Below, piece after piece: positions 53,236 to 64,000 of a stretch of DNA of 64,000 nucleotides. The stretch's first letter is position 1. Every line of letters starts with the position of its first letter. Origin of the DNA: Laetmonice hystrix (lineage: Eukaryota); the NCBI GenBank assembly GCA_965235115.1, contig OZ249438.1, positions 28,458,001-28,522,000 of the forward strand. The letters are read 5' to 3'. Below the pieces are notes generated by a model. It was not told the DNA's origin, searched no databases, and saw only the letters and a list, made by a program, of their open reading frames with translations. Position numbers and translations under genes: made by a program.

Positions 53236-54190
53236 CCCCAGGGGACGCCCTCCAGTGGTCACCTGCTGTGTCAGCCGTGCCGTGACCCCGACCAACCCCG
53301 CCTGGACCCCGACTCGCACTAATGGCCGGTACCCGACCATACACTGCCACGCCCACCTACGCCCTGCACATTAATCTCCCTTTGAAACTCAATGAATATT
53401 CCTCGCATTTTCTTTTCTCATTGAAAAATCAAAGATGTACCGGGTAATAATTTTCAAACGATTTTATAATACTTTCTTTGTGTCATCATATCCGGCATAT
53501 AGGGCATCTAAAGTCTGGGATTTTGAATGCATGTTTTATATTTGCTGCATGGTTTAATATTACAAGGGATGCAACGTAACGTCGTTGGTTCCATCATATT
53601 TAACAGTTTTCCAATATCGAAGTAACTTTTCACAAGCAGCATAGAAAAGTCCTGCACGGACAAAGTCTATGCACAGTTAAAGTATACATGTGTACATTTC
53701 TACCGCTGAACATATACAGTGGCGACAAGAAAACACATTTTGTCATTCTCTACAGTTGACAGAACCTACAGTTATTTAACACTTCAAATAAAACAGGACC
53801 TGATATCTCACAATCTGACCAATATTGTCACGGCATTTGCCTCTCTCAAAATGCCCCGATATGATACCATATGCGAATACGGCTCAGCTGTCTACAGATT
53901 ATTTTCATTACTGGTTACGGCTTCCACGACCACCAAGTGCCAGCCATGCTGCTGATATTGTTATTGCACAAACATAATGTTCATTAGTGAATGTCCAGAA
54001 AAACAGACGACTTTACCAAGCTAAACCTAAACCGGTTTTAACCGCCAGCTACTCCAAGACAGCGCCTTGGGCCCATTGCTTCGAACGCAGCCTCCAGATG
54101 TGACCGCGGCTTACCTCTGTGACGTCATCGGCCCATACCTCCATGGTATTGCTATACTAAAGAATACTGACACGGGACTATAAAACCCCG

Positions 54191-54871
54191 CATCGTTACC
54201 TACCATACAGCGTTATGAAATCAATAACTGTACTTACTAAGGACATTGCTCCCCTGACCATCGTTACCTACCATACAGCGTTATGAGATCAATAACTGTA
54301 CTTACTAAGGGCATTGCTCCCCTGACCATCGTTACCTATACCATACAGCGTTATGAGATCAATAACTGTACTTACTAAGGACATTGCTCCCCTTACCATC
54401 GTTACCTACCGTACAGCGTTATGAGATCAATAACTGTACTTACTAAGGACATTGCTCCCCTGACCATCGTTACCTACCGTACAGCGTTATGAGATCAATA
54501 ACTGTACTTACTAAGGACATTGATCCGCTGACCATCGTTACCTATACCATACAGCGTTATGAGATCAATAACTGTACTTACTAAGGACATTGCTCCCCTT
54601 ACCATCGTTACCTACCGTACAGCGTTATGAGATCAATAACTGTACTTACTAAGGACATTGCTCCCCTGACCATCGTTACCTACCATACAGCGTTATGAGA
54701 TCAATAACTGTACTTACTATAAGGACATTGCTCCCCTGACCATCGTTACCTACCATACAGCGTTATGAGATCAATAACTGTACTTACTAAGGGCATTGCT
54801 CCCCTGACCATCGTTACCTACCATACAGCGTTATGAGACCAATAACTGTACTTACTATATTGCTCCCCTGA
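54191..54871. repeat. Minisatellite, 68-bp unit (70 with TA insertion), 10 copies
   Basis: CATCGTTACCTACCATACAGCGTTATGAGATCAATAACTGTACTTACTAAGGACATTGCTCCCCTGAC. Confidence 0.96.
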
Positions 54872-54985
54872 TCACTGATTGATGTCTGCAAGATAATACA
54901 TCCCAAGAGCACATATTCTGGAATTACTTTAAAAGCAAAAATTTTTTTTAGCCGAATAAACGTGAATAAATGAGCCGTCATTGAG

Positions 54986-55041
54986 ACCCGGAAGTGTGAC
55001 GTCATGAAACCAGAGACGGCCATTGTGACGAGTCACGTGAC
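54986..55041. promoter_or_regulatory. Cluster of promoter-type motifs (ETS, CRE, E-box/CLEAR)
   Basis: CCGGAAGT at 54988-54995, TGACGTCA at 54997-55004 and palindromic GTCACGTGAC at 55032-55041 within 55 bp. No transcription evidence. Confidence 0.35.
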
Positions 55042-56790
55042 CATGTGGCTTGCAGCCCAGTCACGGTGGTTTATGGCGTGCGGACAGCCAGAATGATGTA
55101 ATTACACAATCTATGCTTCAGTGCATTCACATGCCCTGGTCCACAGAACATGGACCCAGCGTTAATTCAATGACCTATGCTCAGCTGGCCACTGGCTTAA
55201 CACAGCATTCCTGGCCTTTTGCCTGAACGTGACTCAGTCTATATACGACAAACAGCGGTAAAGCAACTGCATCATCCTGTATTCGCCTAATTCACCGTAC
55301 GTAGTATTACTGTAATATTCTGACCTATACCAACATGAGGCATTGCCCTCAAACTCAAAGTGAATTTCACCATTTGATGCTGGGCATGAGTGTCACTGTA
55401 CGACTAGAAATACATGTATATTAATAAAGGAAAGACCACTTTCCTCCAGGAAGCCGTTTCACAAAATATTTTCACCTAAACCTAGCGTAACTTAACATAT
55501 TTATTCCTAATGCAATAATCTAAACTATATAAACCATTTCACCCGTTCCTTCGTTAGGTCTCTTTTCACTGAACTACCGAATTCAAACGTTATACCAAAC
55601 AGGTATCTTTCTTTGCACTTTTGTCATTACACATTTAATATATCTCACTGTATACCTTTCATATTTTAATTAGACATGTTCTTCTCTTGGACAAGTAATA
55701 AACAAATGGGTCCCCGAGAAGGTAGGGGTGTGTACAGGTATTCTCTGGGTCGAGCCACACCTCTGGAGGTGATGCCAGGAGCTGGCTAACGTTTCTTTGA
55801 CTTGCACGGTGCCGGTGATGGTGTGAGTCATGTGGCTGTCCGCCAAACAGGGGCTCTGCCCTCACTGACTATCAGACCATTGTCTGCAGGAACTATTCTT
55901 ACACCAAGCTACTCCACCCATCCCCGGTCCACTGTCTCGCTACTGGCAATCTGGCAAAACAGACAGCTTTCTTTCACTTTGTGGTCTGAAACATTTTTTT
56001 ATCATGAGTATGATCAGCTACGAATTATTTTAATTTTTAAATATGTGGGCCTTACGCGGTAAAAACATGTGGATGTAATAAAAAAACAAGTACGCTTGTT
56101 CACTGGCTCCTGGGCAATCAGGCTTTCACTATCCTCTATCATAGTATCGTCTTGCTTGTGGCAATTGTAACTGGCAAGGATAACGGACCGTTTTTATCCG
56201 AGTATACAAATTATCCAAAGACATCAAATATAGCCAGCAATTTCTAACAAGCAGAACTGTAGAATACTTCCTCTGTAAGCTTTTATAGTGCTGTTATCAA
56301 TTGCTGTTACCCAACAGGCATGGTGAAAAAAGATTCTATTTAGCGGTGGCGCTCCTTGCAAATATGATAATCTAGGCACAAGCAAGATCAGATAGCCGCC
56401 GACAACGACAACATGTAATGTGACCTTCAAAGTCACTCTGGTCTATATTCAGTCACAGACACGAGAATCTGAAACTCAAACCAGAACACAATACAATCCA
56501 GCAACACGCCACAACAAAAAGATTTACCACTCAACAGAAACCAACACTTCATAAACGTTTCTATTGACTTCAAATCTCTAGAGACTTGAAGATACGTGAA
56601 CGTTTACATTACATCGACTGAGATCCGATGAAATTAAAGCCTCCCCCAAAACGGGCATGTATTGATGATGATTCTGTTAGTAGGAGGACGCCCGAGTAGA
56701 CTATAATTGAGATGCCCTTCCTATATTATGTCCTATTACTTGCACAGTGCCCTAGATACATACAGGAGGTCATGCCAGTTTACAGTCAAT

Positions 56791-56822
56791 ATTGACGGTG
56801 AAAGTACGTTGTAGAATACCGA
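56791..56822 (+). pseudogene. FN3-like C-strand fragment
   Basis: IDGE / (shift) YVVEYR, similar to the DGG..I..YVVEY motif of titin-type FN3; very short. Confidence 0.2.
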
Positions 56823-57244
56823 CATCTGTGGCGAGTCGAGCTGGCCGGGGTGTGAGCTTCGTCCTGGCTGTCAAAGGTAAACATAACCGAAACCACCGGC
56901 GACGATTCTTGCAGCATTTAACGACACCCTGTCCTGGCCGTCCAACACCAATCGTGCCATGTTGTATCCTCGAGACGCGCCATTAACATCGGCGCATGCG
57001 TGATGTGTCGCACTGCCGCCTAGCGGCCGGCCGGCTAGTTAGCTCCAACTACCCTAGACTCGTTCATCAGTCTCATTATGTGCCCGAAAAAACGCGTAAA
57101 CGAGACGGGCGCACGTTTTCCCCACTGACTCACAAGACAACTTTCCACAGACCTGCAGCCGTTTTTCTGATCAATGTCAGTCACAATGTTTTGTCTGACT
57201 GCCCACTGTCACGAGAGTCCCAGTCTTCAGCCCTTCAATAATGA

Positions 57245-57379
57245 TCCCTGAATACTACTTTCTCCATCTCTGTACTTGGATACAGGAACAGCTGTTCTAA
57301 CCCAGGAATAAGTTCCCTGAATACTGCTTTCTCCATCTCTGTACTTGGATACAGGAACAGCTGTTCCAACCCAGGAATA
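57245..57379. repeat. Tandem duplication, 69-bp period x2
   Basis: TCCCTGAATACT(A/G)CTTTCTCCATCTCTGTACTTGGATACAGGAACAGCTGTTC(T/C)AACCCAGGAATA twice. Confidence 0.9.
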
Positions 57380-60300
57380 TCTTCAAGTCGGGCTGATCAA
57401 AAAGATTCATATAGCTAACAACAAATTGAATTCAGCCTAAAAATTCACATGATTTTTTCGTAGACCTGACACAGAAATCTACTTCAATATTGCTTAGTTT
57501 CACTACATAAATAGTACATAAACGTCAAGACGACGGTCATCGAACTTTGTTTTGTCAAATTTTAGTACATGTATATGTAATAATCCCGTTTATTTGATAA
57601 CGTCACTTTGCATTCCTCATGAATACAATAAAGTGGGATGTTCAGGGGTACTGCAACTGGTCGTATCACCCGTGACAAGACAGGTGTATCTTAGTTTTCT
57701 GAAATCGACCTTCAACTGATCGGGATAAAAAGTGTTTCGCTCTTCATTCTCCAAGTTTAATGGGCCATAGCGGAGATCTCAGATGGTATGTGACATTGAC
57801 ACCGGGGGAAGAAAAGGTCTTGGGTCCAATTTGTGAGTTAGGAGGAACTCTCCCGACAACCGGCATATCCTCCTGCCTATGTAATTCTTAATGGAGAAAA
57901 CAGGAGCGCATGTTGACGACAACTTGGCATGTCCCCCGCTGACTCAGTTTACAAGTTGTCATCGATGAAATCTTGCATGCGTAGAAACAGCTGGTGCCTT
58001 TTTTTTTCAATGTAAAAATTGCAAACGTAATGAGGACAGAGTTAGGCACGTAACACCGACTACATCTGTGTCAGGCCCTGGACCACGTTGGAGGAGGGCA
58101 TCGAACCTTTCACTGAAACATCACTGGCATTTGAATGTTGAAAGCACCTCTTCATTCCACGAGGCCATACCCACGGCCAGGCCAGTCAAAGATATTTTAA
58201 TCTTAAAGATTTGACCTCAGTCTTACCAAACTCTAGGAACCATCTGTAATTATAAGGAGCAGACTGGTGTTGCCTGATTAAAACGTAACATTTAACCTTT
58301 AAGCATGACCGCCTGGCATGCTCTTGTTTTTATGTGGCCTTTTTTTTTGGCTTGTCAATACTGGTAACAGGCGACAAAAACAAAGGGACTGCAAAGCTTG
58401 GCTTCGTCCCAGTGTCACTACACAATTCTATAGAGAATAGCGGCGACGTAAGTAAATTAACATAAAACTTGCAGCATAAGTGGAAACTTTGAAGCTATTT
58501 GATGTAGTTAGCACATAGTTAAAAACATTCATTTAAAAATCCCTATAGATTTTCAAAGAATAATGTCATTAAATTGACTGCTGTGAATACGGCATCTTGG
58601 TGAAAGGTCTCATAAACTATATTTCATACAGTCGCTATATTCAGTAATTTTACGAAATGGCCGAAATTATGTTACCTTTGTCATGAAAACAACGCAGGCC
58701 ATATTAATGGAAACTCGAGTGTTGAGGCGACAAAAGTAGCATGAATCGTAAGTGGTTAAAATATCACCATTACCAACGGTAATACCAGCTCACATTCAAG
58801 TGGAATTACAACAGCTCAATATCCAACGGTTTCGAGATTTGACCATCCAGCATGAAGTGTATGAAACAATTTCTCTTCAACATCGTATAATACTGCAACA
58901 AGATAAACATGATACCTTGAACAAAGATACAGAGGAATCGAAATTTGTCATTTACATTGTAAATAGACTTTTAAAACTATATCTGCACTTCAATCTTGAT
59001 GTGCTTCCATTATTTAAGAGTGAAATCGTCGCCAGCTGCTAGCAATAATACTGACATGCCTCTGTTTGCCACATTAACGTACAAAATTGTGTACTCTATG
59101 TCCTCATCACATACTTTGATGTTTCTCTCCATCCATTAAAACTCTATGACTCAGGCGGTCACTCAAGCCTTTAAAGCTCTATGACATTATATAGAAGGCT
59201 TTCTGACAAAAGAATGCACGACAAACGAGCACATAAAACCACTACATAAATCATAGCGGCATCATTGAGGCTAGATACATTGAACTTGTTGTCTTTTATT
59301 TCACAGATGCTGACTGTTGCAGCACTAAGTGAGAATTCTCACGAGTTATCATTAGGAAGGAACAATAGCCGCCATTATACCTGTCGCGGAAATCAAGCCT
59401 CATGTTTCATAAACTATGAGTGAGATGCTCCATGTTAACAAAAGAAGCTGCTGCTACGTCAACTCGTTTAATATGTACTATAAAAGTGCATGTTGATTAC
59501 GTCACCGATTAATGGCTCTCAACTAGACTACAATGTGTACGGTGAGAGCACCTACCCCACGCATGACATCAGTTCAAAGACAGCCTAACGTTAAGCTTCA
59601 CCAACCTACTGTGTTCATGATGATTTTTTTACAACAGGCACATATATCACCAGTATGATCCATTCCGATTATTTTGCACGAGCCTTCTTGCGTTTTACTT
59701 TATGGCTGTATACATATTGTGTGAGGGCGTCTAAACTTTAGATTCTCGTCTGCTTTGCCATAACAAAAATTGGCTATTATAACTCTTGTGAATATGATGT
59801 ATCTTCGTTATGACAATGACCGTTAACTCAATGAACAGCTGCTGCAGACTGTAGAGGAATGGAGTTTCAGCACTAAATTCCCTGTACCTGTATCCCTGGA
59901 GAATATTTGCCAACCCGCGTTTCTGTTGCCTTCTTAATTTTACATATTTCCTACGGATGCCACTGGTTTCAGGTGGTACGTATAGCCATCAGTGTAACCA
60001 GAACTAAGATTATACCTTTGTATTGATCACTGATCTAACTACTTACAAAAACAACCCAAACTTTACGTTATCCTTCACAGTTTGTGGCGAGTAAACCGGC
60101 CCACCAGCTGGGTGTCTATCTCATACACACAAACACATAAGCAATATATCCATCACTAATGGCCGGACGCTAGGACATAGTTAGTCTCGAGATTAACCCA
60201 ATCCGTGGATTTGGGACCAGTTGCCAGAAATTCAGAATTTTCTAGCCTTTTCCCTTTTTTGAGGCTGGCCCTTATTTCGCTGGCCAACCACAATAGAATT

Positions 60301-60838
60301 CAGTTAAACATGACAACCAAACGAACCCAAACTTAAATCTCGTCTAGATAGCAAGTTAAGCCATTCTTGGCATAAACATGACAAAATGTTCATGCATCCG
60401 GCCATTATTAATTATGTACAGACCCGGGGCGATTGATATAAACTCCTATTGCTATATTACCTAACGACAAATATATCTTAGGAATTCTCTGAAATTTTCA
60501 AATCAGGTCTCGCCACAGGACGTTACAGCGGAGACCTTGAGGCCCCCTAAAACTTGCCCTCACTCCGGTTATTCTGAAACACGCATTATTCTTCCAGCAC
60601 GAAAACGTATTGTTGTTCTGTTCAGAGACGACCTATCTGGCTACTAATTACACACCAATTATCAGCTTTCACTAATTGGCCGACAGATAACGAATCAGAA
60701 CGATTAAAAGAGTGTGACTGTAAATTAGCGACCCATTAGTGGGGTTTGACTCGGTCAACCCGCGTTTACCGTACCGTACCGCCACCCCGCCCGTCGACAT
60801 GCTGCTGTGTTCAGACAGGACTAGACCGGATTACTAGG

Positions 60839-61666
60839 CTGTCTATATCTACCGATCTTTCGCTGACACGCTATACTGCCTAGCGTTCAGACACTGGTCC
60901 TGTCTATACTACCGATCTTTCGCTGACCCGCTATACTGCCTAGCGTTCAGACACTGGTCCTGTCTATACCTACCGATCTTTCGCTGACACGATATACTGC
61001 CTAGCGTTCAGACACTGGTCCTGTCTATACTACCGATCTTTCGCTGACCCGCTATACTGCCTAGCGTTCAGACACTGGTCCTGTCTATACCTACCGATCT
61101 TTCGCTGACACGATATACTGCCTAGCGTTCAGACACTGGTCCTGTCTATACTACCGATCTTTCGCTGACCCGCTATACTGCCTAGCGTTGGGACACTAGT
61201 CCTGTCTATACTACCGATCTTTCGCTGACCCGCTATACTGCCTAGCGTTCAGACACTGGTCCTGTCTATATCTACCGATCTTTCGCTGACCCGCTATACT
61301 GCCTAGCGTTCAGACACTAGTCCTGTCTATATCTACCGATCTTTCGCTGACCCGCTATACCGCCTAGCGTTCAGACACTGGTCCTGTCTATATCTAACGA
61401 TCTTTCGCTGACCCGCTATACTGCCTAGCGTTCAGACACTAGTCCTGTCTATATCTACCGATCTTTCGCTGACCCGCTATACTGCCTATAGCGTTTAGAC
61501 ACTGGTCCTGTCTAAATCTAACGATTTTTCGCTGACCCGCTATACTGCCTAGCGTTCAGACCGATCTTTCGCTGACCCCCTATACTGCCTAGCGTTTAGA
61601 CCGATCTTTCGCTGACCCGCTATACTGCCTAGCGTTCAGACCGATCTTTCGCTGATCCGCTATACC
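60839..61666. repeat. Minisatellite, 60/61-bp units collapsing to 40-bp units at the right end
   Basis: CTGTCTATACTACCGATCTTTCGCTGACCCGCTATACTGCCTAGCGTTCAGACACTGGTC; the last units lack the ACACTGGTCCTGTCTATA segment. Confidence 0.96.
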
Positions 61667-61743
61667 GCGGCAATATTTCATGACTGCAATATTTCACAGC
61701 CAATGCAGCCCTATGAAGAATTGCAGTCATGAAATATTGCCGC
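61667..61743. repeat. Perfect 24-bp inverted repeat (29-nt loop) plus a third direct partial copy
   Basis: GCGGCAATATTTCATGACTGCAAT (61667-61690) and ATTGCAGTCATGAAATATTGCCGC (61720-61743); the motif recurs at about 61760-61783. Confidence 0.85.
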
Positions 61744-63000
61744 ATTTTGACGTATTACTGCAATATTTCATGACTGCAATATATCATGGCACACCGGCAT
61801 GCGTGTTCAGACAGAAGTTTAGCCGATGTTCCGGATCACTAAACCGTGGTCCCAGCCGGACTAGCTAGCGACCTACGTCAGGCGACATAGCTTGTTCACA
61901 CAGAAATAGCTAGCGATATTTCGGTTGCTAGCCGGTATACTCTGTCCGAACACAGCATTAGAGACGGGTGTGGGCATCGAAGAGGGATTCCCCGTGTGAA
62001 TATTTTCAGGAGATTTGTGGTAGGTATATAGTCGTGTTAGGGGAAGGGCAAGGGATCGGGATAACCTTGGACGGTCTGTATAATATTATAGGACGTAAGT
62101 TTAGGTTCGAGGCAAGGTATTTCCTGAAGATGCTATACCATTGAGATTTACTGATGAACTAAATCTCCTCGCATTCAATGAATCTTTCTAAGGACCTCTT
62201 CCTTTCTCTTCCTTTGTTTCTCCACTACCTTTCTTCTAAACCGCGTCTCTCTAGTTGAATAATGCCTTCCCCATCAACTCCCTAATTATGGGCAGATTAC
62301 TGCAAAACTACATTCACGCCATATGCTATGTTCACAGTAGCGTGTAAAGCGAAGGCAAGCAACAGTGTCTAATCCCACTTTGCCGCTCTCAAGAATCCAC
62401 CTAACAAACCATGCATGACTGTATGCTCAGCTAAGAATGCCACCCCTTAAACTGTGCTTTTCATGGTGGAAAATAACTCAGTTTTTTCCCTTTGGTCTCT
62501 CTCTGTAAGCCGAAGCAAATTGTAGAGCATTCACCAATAATTACCGTTCAGATTGGGCAGCTGTAGGGAAGGCCAAGCATAACGAGAGTAAAGGTTCACT
62601 CAAATGATTGTGAAAACTGACAGATACTGTCTGAGGCAAAGGTGAAGAACACTCACATACCTAGCAGCCCTTATCTTGTCGTTTGCGTATTACAATAGGA
62701 GGACAATAATGGGGCCGCTTCTCTGTGATTTACGAGGTAATTTATGAAAATTGTTAGAGGAATCATTTAGTATGTCCCCATTTGACTTCAAGAACAAACA
62801 TACATTGTTAAGGGTCGGTACACAAGCTGCGGTATGCCAGGTAGCAACATCAGAAAAAGCTTTGTCGTCATCTGAAGATCCTAGTCTTTATAAGTCACTA
62901 AATGTTAAACTGTGCAAAACTGTGCTGATTTCAGATAAACCTGTCGCAAGGTAGTCTTTGCTTCTCTCCCCAAACACGGCCCTCTTGTCATCCTTGTCAC

Positions 63001-64000
63001 CTACCCAAATATCTACAACACTTGACGATGGCCGGAACACCAGAACAGGGCCCCCTTCCCATCTACCCACCCAAACATCTACAACACTTGACGATGACCG
63101 GAACACCAGAACAGGGCCCCCTTCCCATCTACCCACCCAAACATCTACAACACTTGACGATGACCGGAACACCAGAACAGGGCCCCCTTCCCATCTACCC
63201 ACCCAAACATCTACAACACTTGACGATGACCGGAACACCAGAACAGGGCCCCCTTCCCATCTACCCACCCAAACATCTACAACACTTGACGATGACCGGA
63301 ACACCAGAACAGGGCCCTCTTCCCATCTACCCACCCAAACATCTACAACACTTGACGATGACCGGAACACCAGAACAGGGCCCTCTTCTCATCTACCCAC
63401 CCACCCAAACATCTACAACACTTGACGATGACCGGAACACCAGAACAGGGCCCTCTTCCCATCTACCCACCCACCCAAACATCTACAACACTTGACGATG
63501 GCCGGAACACCAGAGCAGGGCCCTCTTCCCATCTACCCACCCACCCAAACATCTACAACACTTGACGATGACCGGAACACCAGAGCAGGGCCCTCTTCCC
63601 ATCTACCCACCCACCCAAACATCTACAACACTTGACGATGACCGGAACACCAGAACAGGGCGCTCTTCCCATCTACCCACCCAAACATCTACAACACTTG
63701 ACGATGACCGGAACACCAGAACGGGGCGCTCTTCCCATCTACCCACCCAAACATCTACAACACTTGACGATGACCGGAACACCAGAACAGGGCCCCCTTC
63801 CCATCTACCCACCCAAACATCTACAACACTTGACGATGACCGGAACACCAGAACAGGGCCCCCTTCCCATCTACCCACCCAAACATCTACAACACTTGAC
63901 GATGACCGGAACACCAGAACAGGGCCCCCTTCCCATCTACCCACCCAAACATCTACAACACTTGACGATGACCGGAACACCAGAACAGGGCCCTCTTCCC
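63001..64000. repeat. Minisatellite, 66/70-bp units, about 15 copies, running off the window end
   Basis: ACATCTACAACACTTGACGATGACCGGAACACCAGAACAGGGCCCCCTTCCCATCTACCCACCCAA, with an extra CCCA in some units. It explains ORFs 62888-63980. Confidence 0.97.

Noticed and set aside
58273-58758. piggyBac-like TTAACC ends
   Set aside because: The two ends agree for only about 6 nt; no real TIR.
62150-62950. Integrase-like (YSRYAW) and RT-like (DKAF) strings on the minus strand
   Set aside because: Short strings in stop-rich frames with no ordered set of catalytic motifs.
1-64000. tRNA, rRNA or SINE genes
   Set aside because: GTTCGA-type hits (about 17264, 21043, 62105) lack cloverleaf or A-box context; no rRNA-like conserved stretches seen.

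Overview
Eukaryotic (animal, probably invertebrate; species not determinable from the sequence alone) intron/intergenic-type DNA. It has no prokaryotic operons, rRNA, tRNA or CRISPR that I can support, and most entries in the ORF track are chance ORFs or read-throughs of tandem repeats. Well supported features: (i) about a dozen long minisatellites (21-98 bp units), several built from two alternative unit lengths; (ii) five non-autonomous DNA transposons with inverted ends that can be read directly: a TTAA-flanked Kolobok/T2-like foldback, a Sola2-like 1.3 kb element with a 4-bp TSD, a Tc1/mariner foldback still carrying the transposase C-terminus, a CTG-flanked PIF/Harbinger-like mini-palindrome and a 13-bp-TIR element; (iii) two symmetric phase-1 Ser/Thr/Pro-rich exons of a minus-strand mucin-stalk gene. 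The most unusual signal is inferred by eye and needs an HMM test. About a dozen different, defective fibronectin type III (FN3)-like coding segments appear scattered on both strands, none intact, and several minisatellites appear to be amplified pieces of these segments. FN3 motifs are short and I could also find weak look-alikes in control regions, so these calls are provisional.
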